A DNA stretch of 64,000 nt from Iphione sp. A-MEVVRFRX5 (GCA_976226885.1 OZ320320.1:31434001-31498000), one strand, 5' to 3'; counted from the first letter of the stretch, positions 37,736 to 51,812 are shown. Made by a program: numbers and translations. The notes: generated by a model from the letters alone, not told the origin.

Positions 37736-40229
37736 GCGTCGGGGACGTGATTGTAGTGGAACAGGGTGTCTTAGATGGAGAGGATTCCCTCCATTGTGGG
37801 CCCTTTACCATAGCCGCACCCCTAACTCCCTGCTAATCCAACCCCCGGCCCACCTCTCCCTGGAGCGGAGGGTTCCACACCGTGGACATTGCATGCATCA
37901 ATGCTGGTCTCGTGAGGTCTCGCGAGCTTTCCACTGCCTCTCCATCCTCCTTCTCAGAAGGTTCGCTCTCTTCTCACTGGCTTGTGGCCGTCGCCGAGGA
38001 CTAATTGAAAGAATAAAAGGTTGCATGGTCGCCGGCCCCCGTCGCCGTTACCGCCACCGCAGTGTGCCTTGTAATTGTTTGTCGCCATGCAGTCGATCGC
38101 GGGAAACCCCCCCACAAAGCGTTCTTCCTTCTGTGTGGCGAAGCGCGGTCCAGAATTCTCAGCGTACGGCACCGTTTCCCTCGCAAACAATGGGGCGCTC
38201 GAATTGTCGTCTGCCTCTCTTTGAATGATCGGGACCCCCAGACCAAACACTGCGTCTGACTCTTAAGCCTTTCCCTTTTTATCAGAAGTCGTCATTACAT
38301 GCGTCCGTATAGTTATATGCTCTTCATATTTATTCTAGGACATCGTATACTGATTTTCTTGTCAGAATGATTTGTGACTACATGTATACCTACGAAATAT
38401 GTACGCGTTTAATAAGATGTCTGTCTATATACTGAGTCCACTTCATCATATATGTATACCCTTTGACAGGAGATTTATATTTAGAGGACATGACAGAAGT
38501 ATACACTAAATCGAATTCCTTGACAATCTAAGTAAAACAACGCTGTCCTTCACAAAGGACTAGTTCAAAGAGGTGTGTTTTGTTTTGTTAGAACCATGCT
38601 TGGGCTGTGGGTTTAGTATAAAAGCACTATTTTATGGGGGTTTGGCTCAGTTTCGAGAGATTAAGGTTTCATTTCAGATAAGGTTTTGTTTTGAGAGATT
38701 CTGCATGCAAACTGTATAATTTCAGAGATTGGATCAGTTCACAGGAAATTTGTACGCGGCATATATAGTTACGCACGAACACCTAGAGGGACACCCAACT
38801 GCTTCCCCCACACATGCACCCAAATCACATGCATAAAAACACAGCCCAACTGGAGTGTCAGCTCAGAAAATAAGAGGTCTTACTACAGTGCCATGGGATC
38901 TCATGAGCATAGAAAAGCACATTTGTAAGTGTTGCGGAGCGGAAGTCTGCACGGGCAATGCGTCCTTGAGCAGAAAGTGAAAACAAGGACTCTTTGAGCG
39001 GGAAAAGAGAACCAAATGCTGCCATATATAAAAAAAAAACTTGCATAAATTATGTAAAATCCGATTTACATCACTCTCGGGTCAAACTTGTTATCTGACA
39101 CTCCAGTCTCTGACAAGTGGCACTTCAAGGCACCTGAAAACTAAACATAAACAGATTTCCTTGGCTGTAACTTGAAAAGTTTTCCGATCGAAATACTTTC
39201 ATCATGTGGCTTGTCAAAGTCGACTTAAGACGGACAGGGGTGCGAGGAATCGTTGATCTTCAAATTCAATATTAACTCCTTCCAGTGGAAGGAATGATGT
39301 ACTGGGACAGGTAGATGTGAAATATTCAGGTTACTCGCAGAGATCAGGACATGCCATGACATGTACCCTCGGAGACACATCCCTCAAGAGTGGTGTTACC
39401 TTCCGTCTTCGGGGCTAGCGGAAGCTGAATTATATATAGGTGCGATGATAAAGATCATACCAATGCAGTAAGCCTTATTGTCAGTGTCATGAACGAAAGT
39501 TTGTGGTCTGCTATTGTGGATTACTCCCATGATCTATGATATTCTGACCACCTAGGTAAATATTTCAGTAAAGACTAATACATAGAATTTTAAACGTGAT
39601 AATTTCTATATTGATTACTAAATAAGGTAGACCGTCGGACACGACAGATCCTCTGTCCCTGCTAAAATGCAAGCTTTACAAACATTTCTAAATTTGCACC
39701 TGCTTAATAAAACGCATATGCTCCTGGGCTTCGTTTCAATATGTGATTCAGAATAAATGTTTGTCTGTAATTTGATTTGACATCAAGGGCTGACGGAAAA
39801 TGCTCATTGTCCGACAATTTAATATCTGACAAATGGTACATTTCGGACCACTGACCTCAAGACAAATATGTGACAAAAACTTTGTCGTGCGTTCCCTTAT
39901 AAACTAGAAACAATCAAGAGCAGACTCGAAGGTCATTTTTGGTCTCTCCATTCAGTTGATATGTTTAGAGTTTTGTTGTCACAAAATTCATAATAGATTC
40001 AGCACTTGAAAATTAGGATTTCATCAAGTTTGGTCTTCTACATGATTTTGTATTTAAAGTGAGATTCCGCTGTGTGTGTTCACATTCGAAACCATCCATC
40101 AAACCGAATGTGCCCTTAGTATAAAAACGTCACTGCATTTTCTACTGTGTATTCCCACATCCGAACAACAGGGATCTACACCCGCAAATGTACTGAGTAT
40201 ATAAGGTTCTCTTTATTTGTTTCTTGCAG

Positions 40230-40481
40230 TCTGCCGACAGCTGCGTGACGGCGTGGCGGCCGTCTTCGGACCCATGTCGAGTCTGCCAGCGGCTCACACT
40301 CAATCCATCTGTGACGCCCTGGAGATCCCGCACGTGGAGACGCGCTGGGACTTCCGCGAGAACCGCGATTCCTACTCCATCAACCTCTACCCCCACTACC
40401 GCACCCTGAGCAGGGCGTATATAGATCTCATCATGCACTGGGGATGGGAGTCGTTTACAGTCTTATATGAAACCAATGAAG
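40230..40481 (+). CDS. GRIK: Kainate-type glutamate receptor, ATD exon A (252 nt, phase 1 to phase 1)
   Basis: Acceptor tttgtttcttgcag|tc, donor aatgaag|gtcagt. Translates (V)CRQLRDGVAAVFGPMSSLPAAHTQSICDALEIPHVETRWDFRENRDSYSINLYPHYRTLSRAYIDLIMHWGWESFTVLYETNE(G). This matches the kainate-receptor ATD motifs C..L..GVAA.FGP, QSIC.AL..PH..TRW and .LYP....LS.A..D. Symbol is family-level only. Confidence 0.96.
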
Positions 40482-40688
40482 GTCAGTACTCCGTATTGTT
40501 ACATTGTCAAACCCTGCACTGACCCAAGCAGGCCTCAGTCTTTTCGTTTGTACCATCTAGGTGGTATTTTTTTTTTTAAAGTTCAGTACAGGGTTTGTAG
40601 TACCTGCTGTAGGCATGTCATACTGCCCCCTACCCAATCTCTGCTTAGTAAAAAGAGGTTTTGACGTATGAGAAAGAGATATATATTT

Positions 40689-40800
40689 AAATTCAGCAGT
40701 TTTTTTTTTACTTTTGCTCGTCAAATTCAGCACTTTTTAGACTCTTACACATCAAATTCAGCACTTTTTGTACCTTTACTCGTCAAATTCAGGACCTTTT
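40689..40800 (+). repeat. About 31-bp minisatellite, 4 copies
   Basis: TCAAATTCAG starts at 40721, 40752 and 40783 (period 31), with a looser first copy at about 40687-40689. Each copy is followed by T-runs. Confidence 0.85.
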
Positions 40801-40910
40801 GGATGTTTTGTATGTTTATAGAGAGGGAGGGAGAGGGATAATTTATTGAACGATTATTGAGTATTGATCTATTATATATTGATTCTACCACATATCAAAT
40901 CGATTTCTGA

Positions 40911-40975
40911 GAAACTCGCTATTCCGACCGTTTTTGGTCGGACCCTACCACGGGTCAGAAATAGAGACTCCACTG
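40911..40975. mobile_element. Truncated pogo/Tigger-like MITE end
   Basis: Ends GGTCAGAAATAGAGACTCCACTG|TA (reverse complement TA|CAGTGGAGTCTC...). Internal ctcgctattccgacc...ggtcgga inverted motif. No matching left terminus found. Confidence 0.4.
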
Positions 40976-43900
40976 TACATGTATATATAAGTGGAGGAAT
41001 GGGAAGAAAACTGAAAAAGTAGAGAAAGGGTGTACCTTTAAATAAATGTGATGATATATTAAATACGCTGCGTAGGTGTATATCTGTATTTATATATATG
41101 TATGCGTATATAAACATGTACACAGAATCATTACATGACTATCGAGGGAGCTTAGATTGAATGGAAGATGGTGCGTATGTTCTTCTGCTTTTTTTGCTCC
41201 TTGTTTTCCTTTTTTACGGGGGCGGGGCTGCGGGTGTTCAATTATGCGGGCTATTTTTCCTTGTAGTATCCTTCCCTTTTAATCACATACATTGTCTGGC
41301 TATCATTACAAAAGCACATATGATTAGAACCCGTAAGGGGCGCTGATCGGACGGTGTGCTGCTGGCTGCTGCTGGTGGAGATGGGGGTCGTTCTTTGGGG
41401 CTCAATTTGGCCCCAATAATCAAACCGAACAAGCACGCCGCAATCAACGCGCCGCGCCATTTGCATTTTATCGCATGCATAAATAACCGACATCCACACA
41501 TTTCCTCGCTTCGATAAGAGAAGAAACTGCCAGCATGATATCTGTGAAAATTTGCATGTAAAGCGAGGCTAATTCATAAGGGGGAAAGCAACTCCTCCTT
41601 TTCCAGACCCTCATAAATATGCTGCCGCCAAGGAGCGAGGGATAACGCTAATATTGCTAGGAGCTGCTCTCAGTTAGAGAACCACTTTTGGGGGGATGAG
41701 TGGGGGGAAGTGACTTCAAGCTTGATGGTGTGTGGTGATTTGAGGATTGGTAGAGAAGGATATCGGGGGATGCCCATGTGGAATTTCGGTGGGAAGAGTG
41801 GGATAGCTGAATGCATTTCAATCAATGAAAAGTGAAGCATTGAATGGACTTAGAAGAAGCACTGACGAAAGTTTGGTTTAGGAAATAGAGACATTTCCCT
41901 GCGATATGGCAGAACAATCTAGAAGCCCAGGTCATAACACCAAGGATGTTTTGCTGACGTTATTGTTTGAAGCAATTCACAATTAGAGAACTACTATTTT
42001 AAAGTAGGCGGTGTCCGTGGAGAGCATACAGGGCGAATTAGAGACGGCTTGATCGTGAGAGGGAGAGGACTGACGTTTATCAGGGGCGTGGTGAGTTGCG
42101 GATGGCTACAGAATGTCAGCTATAATGAAAACTGAAGTCTCGAGCCCGCGTAGGTAGAAGCCCTGCTAAATAGGCTTCGTACAAAGATATATTGCGCAGG
42201 AAAGAAGACTGTTGTTACGTACAAGGGGATTTCAATACTAGAGACCGACAATTTAAAGAAAGAAGGAGTAAGGGATATTTGTCGTCTGCAAATAAAGCGG
42301 CAGGCCAGTCATGGCGGCATGTTTTACCTTATATAATGAAGCACCGTTAGGTTATAGGTATGGGCGTCTGTTATCAGATACAGAGGTGGCAGGTAAGCAA
42401 GACGTGAGAGTACGGCCTACAGGTTCCAATTTGCCTGGAAATGTACGTATGATATTGTCCCATGCACAGGGACAAAGCCCCTGAGATCATCTTTTAGGAA
42501 TTTTACAGGTGATTTTGACAGCCTGCGTTAAGGTGAGCTGAAGTAGAACTTAGCTGAGTTTGACTTGATTTTGATTTTCGAAAAATTATTGAGTCACCAA
42601 TGTCATCAATCATGATGATTTTCAACTGATGCTCAGGCTGCTATTCAGTTCTTTATTAACCAGTCTCTTCGGGCAAAATTAACTTTCTTAAGCTAATTTA
42701 GTTGTTTCTTCGGGAATAGTTTCAGTACTGATTCCAGCCCATTCCATGATCTCACACTACGATACACGAAGCATTTCAGAAAGGCCTTGGGGGCATATAC
42801 CCCTAGCTGCTGTGTCGTCCCCCCTCTGGTAACACTGCCCCTCCGTTACCTAAACGGAAATGATACAGGTCATATTCCAACAGTAAAAAGATGATTTTTG
42901 TCTCTCTTGCCAACTCAGCATTCCCCAGTTTAAAAGAAGGGGTACGATGAACCCGGGATTGGTAAAATGTATAGGGAAGAAGTGTGGGAAAGTTGAATGC
43001 TAATAGAGAAGATATGGTTCTACTTCAGACAATAATGTCTCATAATGAAACAGATGATGATAATGATGATAACTATATCATATCAGGGTCAACTCAGTAG
43101 ATTTTTCAGGGACGAATTCCTTGGGGGACATCTGCGAGGACCTTTGGATTGGGGTTCTACAGTTGTGATAGTATACATTGACATAATAGAAAAACAGCCC
43201 GTATAAGCATAAGACTGAAATTGCCTTGAACAACAGCGCTTGGGTGAGTTTCTTGATATTTATTTAACAATGTCTCTGTATAATTTGCTGTTGTAAGGCT
43301 CCTTTGTCATCCTATGTATTTCAGACTGTCTCTGATAGAAATCAGACGGTTACTTTTAGTACTGCAAAGAATGTTGAATGTACATCCCAGCACAAATAGG
43401 CTGAATCTGTCGGACAACAATATTGTTTTTAGACAGCACAACATCCTTGCATGAGGAACCTCATAGTGGTATTATTCGATCATCAGCCTATCGCCATCTC
43501 TTTCTTCCATTTAGTAAGGTAGGCTTCTTCCACGGCAATTGGTGTTACTTAAAGATACATCAATTGACAAGGAAGGTGCATTGTGATGAAAACGCAAAGC
43601 CAATTTTCTAAAGATGTGTATTGCTCAACAGATAGGGAGTCATATAAAAAATATATATGCATGTTTATTATAAAGCGTATTACTGGAAGAAGTACTGAGC
43701 TGAATGGAGAACTACTTCCATGAAATGGATGAATAAGGTAACACCAGACAAAAACCTACTAGTATGTGGAGACGGGAATGGAATAGGGAGTTAAGATAGT
43801 GGTATAAAGAAAGACAACGGGAAGCACACATAGATGGGGAAGCCAGACACAAACCGAGACGGTAAATGCACATTCACGGAGTGAGATAATCGAGTGAGAG

Positions 43901-46900
43901 GATAGGACAGTGGGAGAGACGAATAGGATGGCTGCAGCCACAGAATCTTTTGCAATCGGACCGCAAGGTGAATGTAAATCACTTGTAAACCTCAATGACG
44001 TTGCCCCGTCAAGCAGGGATACGCCCACCTTCACCCAAGCCTTTCTGGTTACTACCTATTGTTGTATGCCATCCCCCCCACCCTGCCACATTCCTCCAAC
44101 TCTCCAAATGTCTGGAGGCCTTTCTGCCATGTCTGGCGCTTTCTTCCCCCGCGCCTCACCTTTCTCCCCTCAGCCGTCAGACTTCCTGTTCGGGCTCGGT
44201 TGCTCGTCGGCGGTTTAAGATCAAACGTGTCCCGGTCGTCCCGCGGCCTGATCCTGTAGTCGCAGACAGAGTGAAGCGGGCTGTGAAACAGCCCCTCGGG
44301 GACTGTCTGATTGGTCTTTGAACAGCACTCTTCTATTAGCTGAGAGCACGCACACCTACTGAATGATGCAGCCCGGATGAGCCTCAACTGCTCTCAAACA
44401 CAAATAGGAGAACAATGCAAGCCTTGCCCATACGGTCAATGCTCGCAGAAGCCAGTCCTGCATATATATGGTCTATATATGTGGTCTAACTAGGAAGTGT
44501 CCTGGCGAAAGCTTATTGAGTAAATTGCATACCGAATACGGAAACTGGATAGTTGGCTTAGAGCCGGGAGGTAACTTTGCTGTGGCTTCCTGATTTTTTA
44601 AAGTTTAATGTTTAACGAGGATGTTGTAAGAAGCATTGAAATGTATCTGAAAGCTCAATCATTGAATTTAGGTGAAATTCCTTCATCACTAATTGTGTTG
44701 GTAGCAATCGCTTTATATGGGGCCATGTAACTTGTTTATACTTAATGATATTATATGATATGATATTGCTGCACGTAATAATGGAGCTCTATCAGGATAA
44801 CGGCGCTCGATCATTGTCATAAATTAGTGCGGTTTCGCTAATAGCTATTTCGAATAATACTGAACAGACGTCCGGCCATTGACAACAGTTTCTTGCCTGC
44901 TGGATCCCGGAAATAATACCAATGTCAGACTTGTTCGATGCTCTCCCAGAGGCTGCGAGCTGCCACTTCCTCCTGGCAGAGAAAGGACCCCCCCCCCACA
45001 TCCTCCGCAGTAGGGTCTCCAGTGAGCGACGGGGGCAAAGAACCAGGAAATGTGTTTGTCTAGCCAAGCAGCAGTCCTCCAAAGGCCATCCTTTATATGA
45101 GGATATTTGACTTATACAGCTGCTCAGTTTACATAAGGATTGCCATGCAGATTTTACAGAAGTTAGCCGAACAGTAAGCTTTCACCCCAAGGCACATGAC
45201 AGTATGACCTTGACTGATCTCAATACATTTATTTAGGGCAATGATTTCCTCAGAGGTTATTACATGTATAGCTGTAAGGTTGCAATTTGAATGTTTTAAG
45301 ACATAGAGCACAATTTAACTGATAAAACGTATCTGTGTAAATCGATTTGTAAATTGAAAATCATTTCATTTTGTTTGTTTAGCTCAAAGTTAAGGGCACA
45401 TTCCAAACCTGCGCCAATTAAGTGGCCAAAAATTTAACGATGGTGTAAATCAACCTCCTCCTGGCTATGTTATGGCTAATTGGCAGTTCTGTGGTCATCA
45501 CTTAAGGAAACTCCATACAAGGGACTTATTATGTGTGTTATTAAGGATTGGCATGGGGTGTAATTGGTTATACCTGGGTCATCACCTAAGTCGACTTTAA
45601 CAAGGAAACTTGCTCAGCGCTGCTTGGAGAATGTGTCTACGATGAATAATCATCCACTATGTTGAAGTATTGTGTAACTAAGTGTACTAATGACATAAGG
45701 CAGCAGCCGATCCTACGCATATGTGCAGCTGTGTGTGTAAGCAATCTCACCAATGATTGAATAACAGTACCAATCATTCGATCATCATGGTCAATAGGTT
45801 AACGAAATACCAGTCGTCCTTTGGTGTGAGCAAAGCATGGAGTAAAATTTACTTTGCCTTCTTCAAGATAGAAAAGGAAAACCAATGCACAGCCATATGA
45901 GTAAATCATATGATGTAGTGTTTTTTTCGGATAGTCTTATGAACGTAGTACATGGGCAATAAACAAGTCATCTGAACTTATATGATTACATTATGTTTTA
46001 GTGTCGTAGTGTTTTAATGATTTTATTACCTATATTCAATCATGCACATGTAAAATAAAGCATGTTTTCATTTTGTTCACATACAGGGCATGTATGCACA
46101 TGTGTTTCCATTCTTGAGTAGCATTATCAAAACACAAGTCCATGTTTCTTTGACTTGGGACATACCCAATAAACGAAACTGAGGGCAGAAACATGTCTAG
46201 GTCAATCTTGGGTCCAAATTTGCTGTACTTTCATGTTTCCCCTCAACTTTGGTATCAGATCGTTGTCACAGATATCCTGCATCGCCTTCTCCTCAAAGGT
46301 TCCCTTCAAATTTTACGCTACTGATCAGGCAATATTCTATAATTTCTTACTCAGGAAATTTGACAAAAAACTACCTCAGTTTGTGGTTAAAAAAGATGTT
46401 ATAGATTCTTTTTCATTGTTTCTGAAAATCAGTAATTTCTTATAAGTAACAGATCTAAAAGGGTGCAGTGCGCAACACTTTCTGGCATGCTGGAAGTTGA
46501 TTCCAGAACGATCTGACAGGCAACAGCGTCAGCATCTCAAACTATTCAGCTGATCCATTAAGTTGTTCGAAGATAACTATAGGCATCTAAAATATTAGAC
46601 TATAATCATTATCTAGTCTTGTAAGATGTCCCGACCAAGACGTTCGTCTGCTAAGACGGTTTCAACCGTTCTTTTAAACACTCTCTTTACTATCCACTTT
46701 GGTAACGGCGTAAACGTTATCATGGTTTTAGCCTTGGATGCAATTTTTATGCAGAAGAATAGAGATATATATTTTTGATTTAGTTTACATATAAGCTAGA
46801 AAACAGCAAGAGAGCCACGCAGGCATACTCAGCTGAATTTACTCTTTTCTTAATAGATTTTGTCCTCCCTGCGTCTCTTAACCCTCCCCGATTTTCTTCC

Positions 46901-46902
46901 AG

Positions 46903-47084
46903 GCTTGATACGTCTCCAGGAGCTGCTGAAGGCACCGGCCGAGGCGAAGGTCAAGGTCACAGTGCGTCGGCTGGAAGCCACGGACGGCGACTACCGACCG
47001 ATCCTTAAAGAAATCAAGAACCGCGGCGAGTCCAAGATCGTCCTTGACTGTCACTACGGGCACATCGGCGAAATCCTCAAACAG
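46903..47084 (+). CDS. GRIK: Kainate-type glutamate receptor, ATD exon B (182 nt, phase 1 to phase 0)
   Basis: Acceptor attttcttccag|gc, donor aaacag|gtgatg. Translates (G)LIRLQELLKAPAEAKVKVTVRRLEATDGDYRPILKEIKNRGESKIVLDCHYGHIGEILKQ, containing the kainate hallmark GLIRLQELLKAP and RP.LKE.K...E...V.DC. In frame with exon A. Confidence 0.96.
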
Positions 47085-50000
47085 GTGATGTCAAGCGAAA
47101 GCCCCTTTGCAGAGGGATAAGTTCAATTGATTTTAAAGTGGCAGTGGGTATACGAGCAGGCTTGACGAAGGGGGGGGAGGTTGTAATTGTATTCACACCT
47201 GGAGATTTCTGACATGTTAACATAATACATTAGGTCAGGGGTATATATGTGGGTGAAGCTGTGGTAGTCGCGGAGAGAACGGGTAAATAGTTAAAGAACC
47301 TTATGCATGAATACTTCGGTATACATACCGGCGTTATCTTGAATTAGACCACGTCTGGCGAAGATTAAAGCTAAGAGAGATGCTTCATTTGTCATGTAAC
47401 ATGTGGAAATACACTGTCAAGCTGTTGCAGAAATATATGTACATGTACATCGAAAAACACCCCGATGAGAACGAAAGTAGGATCGGATAAGATTCTTTCT
47501 GAATTTAATTGAAATAGTCATTTAAACACGTGCTCACCTTCACATCTTCCCTCCTACATAGAAAACACTCGGTCATATTGGTCGGTTCTTTGCACCATTT
47601 GGTGCCCTCCATATTTGGGAATACTCTCTAATAGAATGAGGACCAACTTACCTTTTAAGGAGCTCATGCGCGCCAAATGAAGTTCCTATTTTAACCATCG
47701 AAATCTAAAGGAGATCCATTTTTTCATAGATTTCGTGGCAGGTTTCATCTGTAGTATAGTCAAGCCGTTCATATGAGCACTTCTTGCATCGACGCAAAAT
47801 TTACGTACACGCTACGTGATTATACATGCGTATACGTGCCTGAACGTACGCAAAACTAGATATCAGATATTAATTAGATAATTAGATACAAAATATTGAT
47901 TTGATGTCTAAGTGTCAAACTCAAAATAAATGCTTCAAGATTTTAGTCATGAAGAACATAGTAGCTGGGCTTTACAACAATATTCTCTTGAGCTTCAGTG
48001 CTGTGAAAGTCCTCTTTTCTCGAGGTTTCCATGCTCAACATTCCATCCACAGTCTTAGCTCATAGAGCAAGTACGTACTACTTCAGAGGGTGAAATATGA
48101 GACCTCCCTGTGTCTAGCTTTTAGTTTGCAGTCGGCTCAGACTTAACTCTGCTTTCAAAGATGTCCGTCAACGAACACCCCCGTGTTACGTGAAATGAAA
48201 GCTGAGGCCGTTATTGAAAAGGATAACTTTATCGGAAATTAATGTTGACACTCGTGGCGTTCTGGTCAATATATATTTTATGCTAACAATTGCAAGCTTA
48301 GACACACACAGCCAGATCAAAATTACTGACTTACAGGGATGCATGTACTCCCCACATTCGTAACAGTACCTTTGTGACATTATATAGAATGTGAAGTGTA
48401 GCAATGAAGTAAATAAACCGACTGGAATAGCTGTAGAGAGTAAAGGTGTTTGCCATGTGTATAATCAGTACTTTTCGGACGATGATAGTGAGAGAGAGAG
48501 AATTGAAATGTATTTCTTTTTCCTAGCTGTTGGCAGATCCTGTAACAACTTATGCTGCAAGAATTTACTACACTCTTACTTTGCAGTTAAGATAAGTACC
48601 ATATCCTACAGGAATAATATTACACGTATGGGACAATTTCAGGTATCCCATCAGGTAGCTCCATCTTCATCTTTGGATCTCTGTAGAATAGTCATAGACC
48701 ACATGGATTATGTTCTAAAAACCATTATGTGTGGCTCTGTACTACAATTGAAGAAACTGACCACTGTTATTAAATGATCAAAATATACATCAATATTGTT
48801 CAGATTAAGGAATTTAATATAACTCAGTGACTCACATACAGCCAGCTGGGGAGAGGGGGGGAAAGACTGACAGAGATTGAGACAACGAGGGAGGAAGGAG
48901 GTATACAAATGAAACGGGGCTACGAAGACGATTTTGTAAAAAAAAACATCAGTTAGGAAGGAAATCGTATATTTGAAATAGGTGAAGGTTGCAAACGAGT
49001 TGACTTGTGAACGGATACGTGTAAACCTACCTGTAAGATTTATTTACTATGAAAAAATGCGTTGCAGATTCACTTATTCTTTTAGGTTTTAGTCATCATG
49101 GGCTACCTTTGAGAAAGAAAACCCGACGTGCATCTCTCATCAATAGATCACTGGTTCAAGCAGATCGTATCGAGAGGAAGTCACATATCACGTACCTTTC
49201 ATCCATTGAAGACTATTAGCTATATCAATAGGTAACAGAAAGGGGTCGCATCAGTCAAGTAGGGCATTGTTCACTGAGCCTGTAGATATGCCATTACCAA
49301 TCAGATTCAGCTACAGGAGAAAACCAGGTCCCCTAAATAATTGAGCATTTTGAAGATGACCTCATGGGACTCCTCTATCAGATTTCAGTTGAATTAATTT
49401 AGCATGGTTTATCATGAGAGCAAAGTAAATAACGGGAAGCACACAAGGCTTCACCGATCAATGAATACAGGCAGCCCCGATTAAGTCGATGATTACTGTC
49501 ACCTTTATTTTTTTGGAGATAATGTGGGCATCTGGTTATTAAGGTAAAATATAAGGACTTCAATGCTGGAAATAAGGGAAGCCGGCCGATGGGGTCTGAC
49601 TCTCTATATATAAAATGTATGTATACATATAAATGTATATGCATAAGTATACATGTACATCGATACATATATTGCTCCCCAACATAGAGCCACTTTTCAC
49701 GATTTACTAGGTTATACTTCACTTATGAAACAAAGCTCTACAATGGTCGTCTGTTTTCATTTCCGCCAGTTAACGATTTAGAATATGGCTTTATCCTTCT
49801 TACGTCGGCAACAATTATTTTAATTGTTTTGCATTTTCAAAGTTAATCATGCCAATTTGTGGATAAATTGGATTCATCTTGTCAAGATTACAAAAAAGGT
49901 AAAACAGAGATTTTTTCTTTTTCGACAGATCTTGTTTTCCTTTTATGTCCCACAATTTTGATGCACAAATATACATCTACAAGGAACAAGCCTCCCTTTC

Positions 50001-50593
50001 CCTGATGGTCACGTGCTTTTTAGAGGATTTCCAACTTTACAGTCCAACTCTAATCTAACAACCTTACCTAATTTTCAGTCATCCCGAAAAAAATGAATAA
50101 ACGAATTTAAAGGAAGCATGTTACCAGCTGATGGTTCTAAATACGAATTCCGAGTCCTTAAAATCATTGGAACGTAATTTCAGTCTGTGTATGTAACGAT
50201 TGACTTGTACAGCTGGAAATTGCCCACAAGAATCAGTTACTTCAGTAACTTACCTTTCGCAGAATCCATCCCATTTTCCAGAAGAGCAGATCCATCGGGG
50301 CCAATGATCGTAATTTTACCCAAGTTTGAAGTTTTGCGCAGCATAGTCCTTACCCCGTCTGAGTGGTCGACACTGCCGCAGAGGAAACGTATTTATAAAT
50401 AAAAAAAACCGCGAAGAGTGACACCAAGCCGGAATACGCAAGATAAACATTTACAATAGGATATCAATAGTGGCATGTAACTTGAGAGGTGATATAGGAA
50501 ACGTTGACTAATACCGCCCTTATTTCATTGTCCCCCTTCCCAAATCACCATCGTTAGCAGGCCTGATATCGATGATTTCTTTTTATTTTCCAG

Positions 50594-50647
50594 TCGATGT
50601 CAATTAACATGATGACGCAATATTACCATTACCTGATTACAAACCTG
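50594..50647 (+). CDS. GRIK: Kainate-type glutamate receptor, 54-nt ATD exon C (phase 0 to 0)
   Basis: Acceptor tttttattttccag|tcg, donor aacctg|gtaggt. Translates SMSINMMTQYYHYLITNL, equivalent to the short vertebrate GRIK exon of the type ALAMGMMTEYYHYIFTTL. Too short for the ORF track. Confidence 0.94.
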
Positions 50648-51644
50648 GTAGGTGTGCTCTTTCGTAATACGCCTTCAATCATCATCCCGAATCCCGGTAA
50701 TCAGTCTGTCGACGAATTGATTGACAAGTAGTACCCCATAGAACAAACGCCAATCTCGCCGATCCATCGATTACATGAGGGGTGGTTGTTCACGTGGCAT
50801 TTTGTCAATGCACTTACCCCTTCCTCTCCATCCTTCCATACTCAATCACATTCTCCTCTTAAGTCTGGTTGGTAGTCCCCCTGCCTCCATTAAATTTCGA
50901 TGTTTTACTATCCGTACCATCACCCACTTCACAAGCCATATCCTATGGAGATGGCTCATTTTTTTTGTGGACAGCAGCAGCTCAAAAACAATTGCCATGT
51001 TTTGTCACTCTCTTGCCCATTGCATCCAAATAAGACTCATTGAAGATTTGGTCTGGAATTCTGCCAGCCCGAAAAACACAGGTTCTTTTAAGACCTCCGG
51101 AATGAAATGCGGAGTTTAAATGTAATTTTCTTGCGTCAACGTCTCATTGGATAAAGGGTGGGAAGTTGTAGCTTATTTCACAAGGCAATTGTATTTGCTG
51201 AGATGCCGTAAGAACGGAGCTGCGACTGCACTGGCAGAGTGTCCTGCCACCGTCTTCACATTTTCATTAGGCCATTAATTTGTTCCAAAGGGAACGAATA
51301 CAGGAATTATAGCAATGTATTCTAGAAAAAATAAACGGAAGTCTCAACGATTATCTTAGCAACGCTTCCGTATTTATGCTACATCAACCTTCTCTCGTCG
51401 CACTTTTATACTTTAAGAATTTGCTTTTATACATAAGAGAGAGAGCAGACAAGAAATGTAAACTTTTAGTGTTGTTATCACATCTTTAAACAAATATATT
51501 GCGATTCGGACATAGTGATTCTTATAGAATACACTAAACTGACGTTGTTGTAATATCGTTTAGAGGAAATGTCGCTCGATGAGAAATTTCTCTAATCGAT
51601 CTGCCGTTAATAAAAACCATTTACCATCTTCGCACTCGCTGTAG

Positions 51645-51812
51645 GATCTTGGTCTGGTTGACCTGGAGGAGTTCCGCTACGGAGGCACCAACATCACCGC
51701 CATTCAGTTGGTGGACCAGAACTCCCCTCAGGTACAAGAGGTGCTCGACGACTGGTATCAGCAGGAGCTGCTCGACGGAATCTCGCCCCTAGATGGCGCC
51801 TCCGGCATCAAG
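51645..51812 (+). CDS. GRIK: Kainate-type glutamate receptor, ATD exon D (168 nt, phase 0 to 0)
   Basis: Acceptor cgcactcgctgtag|gat, donor atcaag|gtgagc. Translates DLGLVDLEEFRYGGTNITAIQLVDQNSPQVQEVLDDWYQQELLDGISPLDGASGIK, matching DL..LD.E..RY.G.N.T, with an N-glycosylation sequon NIT. Confidence 0.95.
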
